From a virus (Duplodnaviria; Caudoviricetes): 39,405 nt of DNA. Positions 18,175 through 26,583 of the stretch are shown here, piece by piece. The stretch is taken from positions 1 to 39,405 of IMG/VR virus record IMGVR_UViG_3300044878_000251. The stretch is one strand, 5' to 3'. Numbering within the stretch: the first letter of the stretch is position 1; the number at the start of each line of letters is the position of its first letter. A program made the translations under genes and the position numbers. The notes under the pieces were generated by a model. It did no database searches. It saw nothing but the letters and a program-made list of their open reading frames with translations, and was not told the DNA's origin.

Positions 18175-18223
18175 AGTTTCAGCGGCATCGATCAACGATG
18201 GAGTTTCAACCCTGAATAAGAAA
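18175..18223 (-). promoter_or_regulatory. Putative late promoter for gpI/head-tail operon
   Basis: -10-like GAAACT 6 nt before ATG; dyad TTTCAA-N8-AAGAAA (18204-18223) at the conserved 29-bp offset. Confidence 0.62.
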
Positions 18224-18503
18224 TTCGGGTCTCAACCTAGTGCGAGGGAATTGCAGGAATTGGGTATTTTGGCTGGATCTTGGTGACTATGGCTACCGCT
18301 ATGATGCAGGCATGACCCCTGAAGGAAATCTAACGCTTGTCTAACGCATATTGCGAACCCCTACCGCCGTCGTTGTACCTGTAGGGCTCCCTAAGCGCCG
18401 TCAGCGCGATTATCTTGGACCAGCTGAATTTCATTCACTTGAGCACCGCCTTTTTGCGTTCGACCTGATTTGCGGTTACGTGCCCTCACCATTGACGTGC
18501 AAT

Positions 18504-19421
18504 TTATTGCCCGCGGTTGCACCAAGAAAACCACCTCCGCTTGCGAGGTTCTTTTGAGGATTTCTGGAAGCCAGATGTCCAATCTACATACCTTTCTGCA
18601 ACTGGCATCCAACCTCCCTGATGGACTCCCGATAAGTCGACCTCGTGTACCTCCGGCGTCTGGCCTCCTAGCCGACTCTTCTTGAACCTTATTATGAGCA
18701 CCTCCGCGTGCTCGCAGAGGTCCGCGCATAGCTCACTACCGAAAAATATGATGTCATCGGTATACGAACTAATACCATCAACTGTATCGCGGTACTCTTC
18801 ATTGGTCTGACCGTTGCCGTAGGGCAAACCAAATATGAGGTGCTCATGCCTAGCGCCGGGTGGGAAGTCATTGTGTTTAATTTTAGTGATGAGTTCGTTT
18901 CTACATTTCAGTGCGGTGTTTAGATTAATCACTGCATCAGCAAGCTCTGTCACGGACGCAAGTGCTCTACCAGCAGTGGATAACCGACTTAAAACTATCT
19001 CTTGCAGATGAGCGACGGGAGGCGCTATCTCGTGAAGCTCTAGAAGATTCATTTTCGGAAATTCAGTCTGCGGCTGACCAGCAGCCATTTTGGCCTTTAT
19101 TTCTCGGCACTTTTTTCGCTGCTCCTCATAATCTTCTTTGAGGGCCTTAACGTGCTGTTTCTTGAGCTTTACGCCACAGTTCATAACCCCTAGAGCAAGC
19201 ATAATGGCAGCGTTCGTATCACGAATTTCTTTAGTCAGCTGTTCTCGTGCTTTGTTTTTCTCCGAAATGTGCCCGGCTGCCCAAGCACCGATACCTGCGC
19301 CCGCTAGCGCCCCAACGATAGTGGTGAACAAGCCTCCATAGTCGATTGTCCAACCAGTGCTCGGCAGTAGCGGTGCCGTGCTCCAACACACGCTCGACAC
19401 GGACTCCAACAGATTTGCCAT
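18504..19421 (-). CDS. Accessory (moron) membrane-anchored protein, 305 aa
   Basis: ATG 19421 with GAGAGGG RBS; hydrophobic helix GGLFTTIVGALAGAGIGAWAAG then helical/coiled region; AT-richer than neighbours. Confidence 0.75.
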   Translation of the reverse strand: MANLLESVSSVCWSTAPLLPSTGWTIDYGGLFTTIVGALAGAGIGAWAAGHISEKNKAREQLTKEIRDTNAAIMLALGVMNCGVKLKKQHVKALKEDYEEQRKKCREIKAKMAAGQPQTEFPKMNLLELHEIAPPVAHLQEIVLSRLSTAGRALASVTELADAVINLNTALKCRNELITKIKHNDFPPGARHEHLIFGLPYGNGQTNEEYRDTVDGISSYTDDIIFFGSELCADLCEHAEVLIIRFKKSRLGGQTPEVHEVDLSGVHQGGWMPVAERYVDWTSGFQKSSKEPRKRRWFSWCNRGQ

Positions 19422-19472
19422 TGCATTCCCTCTCGTTCGACACCGCGATGCATTCGTGGCACATAGCGAGCG

Positions 19473-19502
19473 ATCATAGCGGCGCCAACGGGCGACGGGC
19501 AA
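19473..19502 (-). promoter_or_regulatory. Putative sigma70 promoter of the membrane moron
   Basis: TTGCCC-18 bp-TATGAT on minus strand. Confidence 0.55.
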
Positions 19503-19536
19503 TCAGGCGGTACACAACGGGTGGCAGCCAGTACAA

Positions 19537-20109
19537 TTACACACCGACTTGGAATGGCTCGGATAGGTAGTCAGAAACGATGGCGAGGATCTCATTGTCA
19601 TCCTCGGATGACAGTCCAAGATATGGTCGAGCGGGCATCTCTGTGGATGTCGCACCTCGGGTCACCCATTGGGCAAAGTTGGACTGCCTCTTTTTGACAA
19701 ATCGGTTTCCGACTTCACCACCCTTCTGCTTAAAGTAAACCTGTTGCGACCTGGCGGCCTGTTCGATCTTACCGCCGAACTGATGGATAGCCGCGTATGG
19801 GCGATCCGAACCTAACTCCAATTCATCACCGCTGACCCGATGTCGGATGGTGTCCTGGAGAAACCCGTCTTGCCGCAAGATCTGGCTCGACTTCTTTTTA
19901 GCAATAGTGGACGCGGCCAATGGTGCCCACGGAGCACCGTCGGGAGAAACCTGCTTTCTAAAGCGGTCGTCCGTGGACTGATGCAGGTATTCAGCGATAT
20001 CCAAGAGCGGTACACGAATATCCTCCAGCCGCTCTGCCAACTCTGCCAGTGCCGCACCAGACCGGCTGTCATCCACTTCGACATTGAGCATTGCGCCTGC
20101 CAAGTGCAT
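19537..20109 (-). CDS. Virion morphogenesis protein, Mu gpG-like
   Basis: RFRKQVSPDGAPWAPLA...YAAIHQFGG...MPARPYLGLS; true start may be TTG at 20103. Confidence 0.92.
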   Translation of the reverse strand: MHLAGAMLNVEVDDSRSGAALAELAERLEDIRVPLLDIAEYLHQSTDDRFRKQVSPDGAPWAPLAASTIAKKKSSQILRQDGFLQDTIRHRVSGDELELGSDRPYAAIHQFGGKIEQAARSQQVYFKQKGGEVGNRFVKKRQSNFAQWVTRGATSTEMPARPYLGLSSEDDNEILAIVSDYLSEPFQVGV

Positions 20110-20119
20110 CTCCTACTAT
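20091..20119 (+). promoter_or_regulatory. Sigma70 promoter driving a small antisense-oriented RNA
   Basis: TTGCGC (20091-20096)-17 bp-TACTAT (20114-20119). Confidence 0.65.
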
Positions 20120-20125
20120 CAATGA

Positions 20126-20208
20126 ACGCCCATTGAGTGAGCAGTCCCCGCCAGGACCTCCAGGCCTACACTCAGGGCGAAACCACGTGTGGCGGCGCGT
20201 GGTTTTTT
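20126..20208 (+). ncRNA. Candidate structured small RNA with kissing loops, convergent with MuF-PBECR2 gene
   Basis: Stems CGCCC/GGGCG, TGAGTG/CACTCA, GTCC/GGAC (loop CCGCCA), terminator AAACCACGTG/CGCGTGGTTT (loop TGGCGG) plus T-run; the two loops are exact complements. Confidence 0.65.
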
Positions 20209-20209
20209 G

Positions 20210-21493
20210 TTACTCGTCGATTGTTGACCGACGATACAGCCGTACCCCGATCCTGAGGTGTTCCAGGTAATCTGGATTATTGGCATCCGGCGAGAACGTC
20301 GTTATCCCATCCCAACCATCATCTCCAACCTCAAACACTGAAAGTGCCGGGACCGGCTCGCCATCGATCTGGTAGCGAGAGATGTAGCGGCGCCGCACTA
20401 CCGCCTTGTTCTTGGCATACAGCCATTCCAGCCGCACCCACACCTCATCGGGGTCTTTGATCGCCTCTGCGAGCAGCAGCAGCTCACGGGCGTGGCCACG
20501 CTTCTTGATCTTTAAAGCACCGGTTTTGGCATTGGTGAACAGCTCACGACTGACCACTACGGCATCGCCGGTCACATCCTTGAACAAGACCGGCGCCGCA
20601 TCCGACGCGCCGAACTCTGCTAGGAAGCGCTCAACGTAGGTCTGATCGGGAAGTCCCTCCGGCAAGAGCTTGTCAGCAGTCACTTCCCGCGCTGGAGGTA
20701 GTGGACTAAGTGGCCGCTTATTTGGCAGGCCTGCGCCCTGAACGCTGCTCGACCGCGCACCTGGTTCAGGCAACGGATCGAAAGCACGCAGCGGTGGTAC
20801 GGCCGTGGCCAACCGTGATTGACCAGGTGCGAACTCAAAACCCGGATCAATACCCTTTGGCACACGCACAACGCGAGGGCCGTTCGGGCTGTTCACCCCA
20901 ATGGGGCGGTCCTCATACTCAACCTCTGGCGCCGGACCAACCTTTAAGCCTTGGCGGTCGAGGTCACGCTGACCCACCATGAATTTCTTGCACTTGCAGC
21001 CCCAGCCGTTTTGGGGGCTGTGAGTACTCCACCACGGATCGTCCAGAGGCAGCACCGTCCCGTTCCAAGCCAGATGCTGTGGCCGAGGGTGAGCACTATC
21101 ACCGTGCCGATACAGGCCGAATGGCCGACGCTTACGCAGCTCAGGGTCAGCCATTTGGGTCTCACGGCCGGCGTTGTAGGACTGTCGCAGGTTGGTCTCG
21201 TAGATCACACGAGTCCGCCAGCCACGCCCGCCGTTGTATTCCCAACCATGCTTGCTTACGACCTGGTCAAACCCGGCGCGGAACTGCTCCAGAGTGAGGC
21301 CACTGGTGATGGCCTTTTCGACAGCACCGCGCATATCCGCAAGCAAGGTCTGCTTGGTGGTGCCCGCGACCACGAACGCCCAGTCATGCTCGACGCTGTA
21401 AACATCCGCCCAAGCACGAGTGGGAATATTGGTCTTGCCCCGGAAGTAGTCGATCTGTTCCTGGAACGGTAAAGAACCGTGTGAGATTGCCAA
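20210..21493 (-). CDS. MuF head morphogenesis protein fused to a C-terminal PBECR2-like nuclease domain
   Basis: MuF motifs RVIYETNLRQSYNAGR, PRPQHLAWNG, PQNGWGCKC; C-terminal FLAEFGA...FKDVTG...KRGHAR.LLLLAEAIKDPDEVW...RRRYI...WDGITTF...RIGVRLYRR recalled as PBECR2; TTG start. Confidence 0.85.
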   Translation of the reverse strand: MAISHGSLPFQEQIDYFRGKTNIPTRAWADVYSVEHDWAFVVAGTTKQTLLADMRGAVEKAITSGLTLEQFRAGFDQVVSKHGWEYNGGRGWRTRVIYETNLRQSYNAGRETQMADPELRKRRPFGLYRHGDSAHPRPQHLAWNGTVLPLDDPWWSTHSPQNGWGCKCKKFMVGQRDLDRQGLKVGPAPEVEYEDRPIGVNSPNGPRVVRVPKGIDPGFEFAPGQSRLATAVPPLRAFDPLPEPGARSSSVQGAGLPNKRPLSPLPPAREVTADKLLPEGLPDQTYVERFLAEFGASDAAPVLFKDVTGDAVVVSRELFTNAKTGALKIKKRGHARELLLLAEAIKDPDEVWVRLEWLYAKNKAVVRRRYISRYQIDGEPVPALSVFEVGDDGWDGITTFSPDANNPDYLEHLRIGVRLYRRSTIDE

Positions 21494-21548
21494 AGGAGTA
21501 GCCTCGTGATATCACCGCTGCTTACCTAAAAATCTGAAGGAAAACAAC

Positions 21549-21791
21549 ATGAGTTCAATTGATAAAAACCTCGAATCGGTCCCTGTAACTGGTCTGATTT
21601 TGGGCGAGGTTCTTGCAGCCATCACTACGATTGTTCACATCATCAAAGAACAACCTGCTTTTGATGTCGCGCTTTACGACGAAAGAGTTCAAGGCATCCT
21701 GCAGGCAAAGGGAGATGACATGTCTACTGTGTTTCGGGCAGTACTAGAAAACACTGTCAGTCTCGACGACGAAACACCTAAAGCCCTCTAA
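21549..21791 (+). CDS. Accessory 80-aa acidic protein, opposite strand, between portal and MuF
   Basis: AAGGAAAA RBS before ATG; candidate promoter TTGCCA-17-TATCAC (21487-21515); AT-richer; fills the gap between conserved genes. Confidence 0.7.
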   Translation: MSSIDKNLESVPVTGLILGEVLAAITTIVHIIKEQPAFDVALYDERVQGILQAKGDDMSTVFRAVLENTVSLDDETPKAL

Positions 21792-23322
21792 GCACGTCAT
21801 ATCTACCAGCGAGGCTGGCAGCAGCCAGCCCATCTGCCATCGCATCGGCGAGTTGTCCTGCATCCATATCGGGGTAGACCTCGATCAACCGGTCACGAAA
21901 CTCTTCAAGGCTGCTGACCGAATCAAGCAATTCACGAATGGCTTCAACCATGTCTCCAAGCGGGGCAGCTGTAGCGGTTTCCAAGGTCTTAACCTGGTTA
22001 TCAACGACATCCTTGATATCGACCGCCTTCTTCGACTGCTCCCGGTTAGCCGCAGTCGCAAGCGCAGGCACTGCAGGTTTGCCCAGGATCTTTGCGCCAT
22101 CAGCTGGGGACGGCAGATTGAGCTTTTCCAGAATGACCGACTGCTCTACCTCTAGCCCAAGCGGCACCAGTTCCTTCAGCGCCGTTATGAGTAGCTGAAT
22201 ATTCTCTGGCTGTGGAACATCGACGATCAGCCTCGGATAGGGACGACCAGGTGCAAAGTTCAGATCACAGAACGGACGAACGAATTGCCGGTTGAAGGTG
22301 TTGCTGAGCGCCTTGGCATCCGCTTCCAGCAGATCCAGTCGCACCTCATTGTGGACCTTAGCTTGCGCCAGGCTGGCACCATCGTCGGCGCTCATCGTCT
22401 GGCCAACGACCGCCTTACTGACCTGTTTGTCCCACCATTCGGCCAACCCTTTAAAGAAGTCCCCGGCACCAGCCACGTTTGCAGCCGTCTGAAAATCAAT
22501 CTTCATGCTGTCGGGAATTACCGCTGCAGCGTCGCTGCCCAAGTTAGCTACGGCCGAAAGCAGGACGCCAATATCATCCTTACTTGCGTTCGGTCCATAC
22601 CGGCCTACGCGCATTGGTATCCCGTAGATATCCGCAAAGCCCATCCAGTCCTTCCATGTCCATGCCTTGCACATGTAGGCGACTGCCGCCAGCCTGGCTA
22701 AACCGCCACGTATTGGAAGCCCAGCACGAATGCGGGGCAAATGGACGATGAACTTATAAGGAGCCAGGGCGATGCCGTTGAGCACATCGGCCTCATCGAG
22801 CAGCCGAAGTTCACGACCGGTCTCGCGGTCAAACTGGAAGAAACGCTGGTCACGCGTCTCGAACCGATCAGGCATCCAGGTCTTGCCGCTTCGATCCCAG
22901 ATGATCTCGCTGACGGAATAGCCTTTGCCCAAGGCATCGACTGCTTCGCTCTGCAGTTCGCCAAACTCGGGCGACGAGACCACCTCACGCAAGGCATCCG
23001 CCCTACGGATGTCCTCGGCTTCATCGGACGCTGCCTCTACTCGAATGTTAAGACCTGCCACTGCCAGCTTGCGCGTACCCAAGACCGAGGCGTAATGCAG
23101 GTCACGCTCCTCCATCTCTTCGGCCAAGGTCAAATAGTCCAGGGCTGTGCCTTCAGCAGCGTCCTGCAGGATTCGCGCGAGTCTCTCTGGCGTCAGCCCA
23201 CTGGCAACCGACGAGTGCCAAACCTGCCGAACACCGGTCACCTTGGGGGCTGCCAGCTCTGCAGTGAGCTGGTCGAATTGGATAGGCCGACCGTGCTGGT
23301 CGACAATGCGTGACTGGGCCAT
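21778..23322 (-). CDS. Portal protein, Mu gp29-like (DUF935)
   Basis: SGLTPERLARIL, EEMEERDLHYASVLGTRK, IYGIPMRVGRY, QAKVHNEVR. Confidence 0.93.
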   Translation of the reverse strand: MAQSRIVDQHGRPIQFDQLTAELAAPKVTGVRQVWHSSVASGLTPERLARILQDAAEGTALDYLTLAEEMEERDLHYASVLGTRKLAVAGLNIRVEAASDEAEDIRRADALREVVSSPEFGELQSEAVDALGKGYSVSEIIWDRSGKTWMPDRFETRDQRFFQFDRETGRELRLLDEADVLNGIALAPYKFIVHLPRIRAGLPIRGGLARLAAVAYMCKAWTWKDWMGFADIYGIPMRVGRYGPNASKDDIGVLLSAVANLGSDAAAVIPDSMKIDFQTAANVAGAGDFFKGLAEWWDKQVSKAVVGQTMSADDGASLAQAKVHNEVRLDLLEADAKALSNTFNRQFVRPFCDLNFAPGRPYPRLIVDVPQPENIQLLITALKELVPLGLEVEQSVILEKLNLPSPADGAKILGKPAVPALATAANREQSKKAVDIKDVVDNQVKTLETATAAPLGDMVEAIRELLDSVSSLEEFRDRLIEVYPDMDAGQLADAMADGLAAASLAGRYDVLRGL

Positions 23323-24899
23323 TACCAGATGCCTTTCTTAGAGCGCCACCCGGCACCGCTCTTGACCGAACGGTCGTGCTGAGCTGCGGGTTGGACGCGG
23401 TGATATTCAAAAATCTCGATGTCTTGTCGGGACGCATAGTCAGCCAGTACCGCCGCGATACCGGCGTCACCGTGGCGCTTTGCACCTTTGGGTCCGCTAT
23501 CGCCTTTTTCCGTCGTCCGTTTGTCAGGGATTCGAGCCACTCCCTTAACAACCCGGAAAGCCCGAATGTCGCCGGTTACGTCTTTGTCTGCAGGAATGTC
23601 GTAGAAGGTGTCGTCTTCCAAAGCCGCCTTGAACGGCGGCATGTTGTCGCGATACCAACCCTCACTGAGCATGACCCGCTCAATGCGGTTGAAGCCGTAC
23701 TTAACCGCTGCGCTTTCTGCAAGCTGGGAGCCGTTACCTCTGGCATCAGGAGCCCCCTTCATGAAGTTGGGTAGGCGATCTACGATGAAGAACAGGATCT
23801 GCTCTTGCTGCTTGAACGGCACGTTGCGCAGCTCAACAACAAAGGGCGTGCGCTTGCGAAGGTTCTGCTCTTTGATCAGCGGCCAGATGACGGAAAGGTC
23901 ACCGCTACGGGCAAAGTCCATGCCGTAGAAGCTCTGTACATCGGTAGGAATGGCAACGAGAAGCGGAAGCAGCTCGCGCTCACACCACTCCAGCGACTCT
24001 GCCAGCCGCGAATGTTCATCCTGCATTTCATAGCCAACTGGATATTTCAGGCGCAGGACCGGAACCTCTCGGCTGGTGCGTGCCTCGATCAAAGCAATGC
24101 TCAGATAAGCACCGCCACCCTGGCTGGGAACGCAATCAAGCTCCTCCTCAGAAGCATCGCCGTAAAAGTCATATACGTCCTGAACCCACGCCTGCTCCGC
24201 TTCTTCCTGGTACTCGATGCCTTTGCGTAGGCAAACCCTCTTATATAAGCCGTGCTCGACGGCCTCGCGGAACGTACAGCGGAACAATGCGCCTTTGCGC
24301 TTGCCTGCCCGGATCTCCTCGATCAGCTCATTGAACGCATTCTCGGTGCCGTCATGGGTGCTGATTACATGAACCTCCCCTCCCCAGATCAATAGCGCGA
24401 GCGCCGCCTTGAGCAGCTCAGCAAGATCCTGGTGGAACGCGGCCTCATCGATCACGACGACACCCTGTCGGCCCCGAAGGTTGGAAGGTCGGCTGGTAAG
24501 CGCAACGATACGATGACCGCTCGGGAAGCTTATGGTGTACGTTTTGATTTGCTTGTCAGGATCGCTGTCCGGCCAGATACCTTCGGATATCTCACTGGCT
24601 GCATAGTCGAACGCACGAGCCCACATCGCACAGGCTTGGATGTATTCGACGGTCATGTCTTGGTTATAGCCGAGGTAATAAACAGTCTGTCCGCCTGCTT
24701 TTTTCTCTGAGGCTGCGACCAGTACATTGTCCGCCGCTTCTGCCCATGTCAGACCAATGCGTCGTGACTTCTCGCCGACCTTCAGCGGTGCACGTATTCC
24801 CACCCACTCTTTTTGGTAATCAAGAAGTACGGCGGGAGCAAAGTTTATATCGGCAACTGGCATCAATGCGCCTAGAGGCAAAGCGTCAGATACCAGCAT
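23322..24899 (-). CDS. Terminase large subunit, Mu gp28-like
   Basis: LLDYQKEW, EKSRRIGLTW, LRGRQG.VVIDEAAF, ISTHDG, GMDFARSGDLSV, HGDAGIA; start ATG 24899 with GGAG RBS. Confidence 0.93.
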   Translation of the reverse strand: MLVSDALPLGALMPVADINFAPAVLLDYQKEWVGIRAPLKVGEKSRRIGLTWAEAADNVLVAASEKKAGGQTVYYLGYNQDMTVEYIQACAMWARAFDYAASEISEGIWPDSDPDKQIKTYTISFPSGHRIVALTSRPSNLRGRQGVVVIDEAAFHQDLAELLKAALALLIWGGEVHVISTHDGTENAFNELIEEIRAGKRKGALFRCTFREAVEHGLYKRVCLRKGIEYQEEAEQAWVQDVYDFYGDASEEELDCVPSQGGGAYLSIALIEARTSREVPVLRLKYPVGYEMQDEHSRLAESLEWCERELLPLLVAIPTDVQSFYGMDFARSGDLSVIWPLIKEQNLRKRTPFVVELRNVPFKQQEQILFFIVDRLPNFMKGAPDARGNGSQLAESAAVKYGFNRIERVMLSEGWYRDNMPPFKAALEDDTFYDIPADKDVTGDIRAFRVVKGVARIPDKRTTEKGDSGPKGAKRHGDAGIAAVLADYASRQDIEIFEYHRVQPAAQHDRSVKSGAGWRSKKGIW

Positions 24900-24948
24900 G
24901 AGCGCACTCTCCAGTGGTACGATTTGAGTGCCAAACAACCTGCATAGG

Positions 24949-25446
24949 ATGAGCAAAATGCTTGATTGGGTTTCGAATGCTTTGAGCAGCGTCAATGCTG
25001 CGCGAGAAATTACCAGCAGTCTGGTCACGCTTCGTGACGAGGCGCTGGTCCGCGACAGGGTGTTCGCTTTGACGAACAACTTGATGGACCTTCAGCAGCA
25101 GATGATGACTGCACAGCATCAGCAGATGGAAATGCTTGAAACAATTCGAGAGCTGAAGGCCGCCCTTGCCATGGCCAACGAAAAGGCCGACCTCGTCGCT
25201 AAGTATCAACGACATAAATTTGTGGACGGAACCTTCGCATATAAGCTCAAGGACAATGGTCAAGTCGAAGAACCTGAATATTTTGTGTGTTCTAACTGCA
25301 TGGAGAGTGAAAATGTCGTAACTCTCCAAAGAATTGCGGTGGGAAATACTTCCTTCCATCGATGCCCGCGCTGCACAACCAACGTTAACAAGATCGTCAG
25401 ACGAACAATCGTGCAACCGACTGTAAATCACTGGGGTAACAAATAA
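24949..25446 (+). CDS. Accessory coiled-coil plus zinc-ribbon protein, opposite strand, between terminase subunits
   Basis: Heptad-rich N-half, CSNC...CPRC; extended -10 TGgTACGAT at 24915-24923; start 24949 or 24958. Confidence 0.78.
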   Translation: MSKMLDWVSNALSSVNAAREITSSLVTLRDEALVRDRVFALTNNLMDLQQQMMTAQHQQMEMLETIRELKAALAMANEKADLVAKYQRHKFVDGTFAYKLKDNGQVEEPEYFVCSNCMESENVVTLQRIAVGNTSFHRCPRCTTNVNKIVRRTIVQPTVNHWGNK

Positions 25447-25448
25447 TC

Positions 25449-25961
25449 TCATCCGGCCACCCCAAGAATCTCACGGCGGATCTCAGCCACCGTCTCGGCA
25501 TTGAGCCCGCCTTTCTTCGCGATTTTCTCCACTTTGGCGGCCGCTGACTCTGCCTTTTCGCGAAACTCGGCCTGCCATTTCTTCTGCACAACGGACGCTC
25601 GGCCAAGCTCGGCGACAGCCTTAGCCACCTTGGGCAGGTCCATCTTCCCGTCATCGGCCATCAGCAACTTAAACAAGTGCTCTTGCACCAGGCGCATGAG
25701 CGCCTCGTTGACTGCGCCTTCGTCATCGGGCGCCGCCTGGACTACGGCCTTTGCCTGCTCCGAAGCCAGCTTGAGCGATGCCAGCTTGACCTCAAACTCT
25801 GAACCGTAGCGATGCAACGCGCTTTTGCCGATCGAGTAGCCACGGCTTTCCAACTCAGCCGATAGAGATTCATATCCGGAAAAGTTCGACTCAACCAAGG
25901 ACTGGTCGAGCCAGGCCTTCACCTCGGCCGGCAATGCAGTCACTTTGCTACGTGGGGGCAT
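25449..25961 (-). CDS. Terminase small subunit candidate, Mu gp27-like (DUF3486)
   Basis: MPPRSKVTALPAEVKAWLDQ...SIGKSALHRYG...GGLNAETVAEIRREILG. Confidence 0.88.
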   Translation of the reverse strand: MPPRSKVTALPAEVKAWLDQSLVESNFSGYESLSAELESRGYSIGKSALHRYGSEFEVKLASLKLASEQAKAVVQAAPDDEGAVNEALMRLVQEHLFKLLMADDGKMDLPKVAKAVAELGRASVVQKKWQAEFREKAESAAAKVEKIAKKGGLNAETVAEIRREILGVAG

Positions 25962-25967
25962 GGCGGC

Positions 25968-26276
25968 TCACCAGTACTTTTCTGGGCGCGCAATCCCAGG
26001 ATTACAGTCAATGGTGTATTCCGCGATATCCACACCGTAGTGGGTTAGGCCGCAGATCCAGACTCCGGCCGGGGACTTCTTCAACGTGACCAAGGAGCGA
26101 TCACTGAGATAGTCCAGCTCTCGGCGCAACTCCATCGCCGTGGCGTCTGGATAGACGCCCTGGATCGTGGACAGCACAACGGCCTCATGCGGGTCCACCG
26201 GCCGAGAGGTGTTGAGGGTCAACAGGATGTACCAGCGCAGGGATTCCCGGCGCACCTTGGCAGGATCAATGTTCAT
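25968..26276 (-). CDS. Mu gp26-like winged-helix protein
   Basis: RRESLRWYIL...LRRELDYLSDRSLV...PGIARP; start ATG 26276. Confidence 0.78.
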   Translation of the reverse strand: MNIDPAKVRRESLRWYILLTLNTSRPVDPHEAVVLSTIQGVYPDATAMELRRELDYLSDRSLVTLKKSPAGVWICGLTHYGVDIAEYTIDCNPGIARPEKYW

Positions 26277-26583
26277 GGCGGAGTCCTTTGAGCTGAACGT
26301 TTTCAAATTTGAGAGCCAAGGCATCTAGCTTGGCTTCGATCACTGTCTGATTTCGCACGTAGTCCTCACGGCGGACGTAGTGCAGAGGCATCTCACCGCG
26401 TAGACGCTCCAAGCCAAGCTCGACCTGGCGAAGTCGCTCGGAGTCCTTCGCGACGGCTGCAAAGCGCTCGTCCAGGCGCCCCTCCATCTGAGAGAGCAGC
26501 AACTTGACCAAGCCTGCGAAGATCCCCAGGAGGGTTATCGCTGACGCGATCAATTGCCAAGTTGGCATCTCGATCATGTTCAT
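26266..26583 (-). CDS. Mu gp25-like membrane-anchored coiled-coil protein
   Basis: N-terminal TM segment, LPxxYVRREDY-like motif; synteny after lysis genes. Confidence 0.72.
   Translation of the reverse strand: MNMIEMPTWQLIASAITLLGIFAGLVKLLLSQMEGRLDERFAAVAKDSERLRQVELGLERLRGEMPLHYVRREDYVRNQTVIEAKLDALALKFENVQLKGLRHEH

Noticed and set aside
20122-20136. ATG AAC GCC CAT TGA mini-ORF as immunity peptide
   Set aside because: Four codons, ATG lies at or before the predicted TSS, no RBS; RNA structure explains the region better
24886-25452. 188-aa minus-strand ORF, and the long N-terminal extension of terminase to 25079
   Set aside because: Antisense to the better plus-strand zinc-ribbon gene; terminase has an RBS-supported start at 24899
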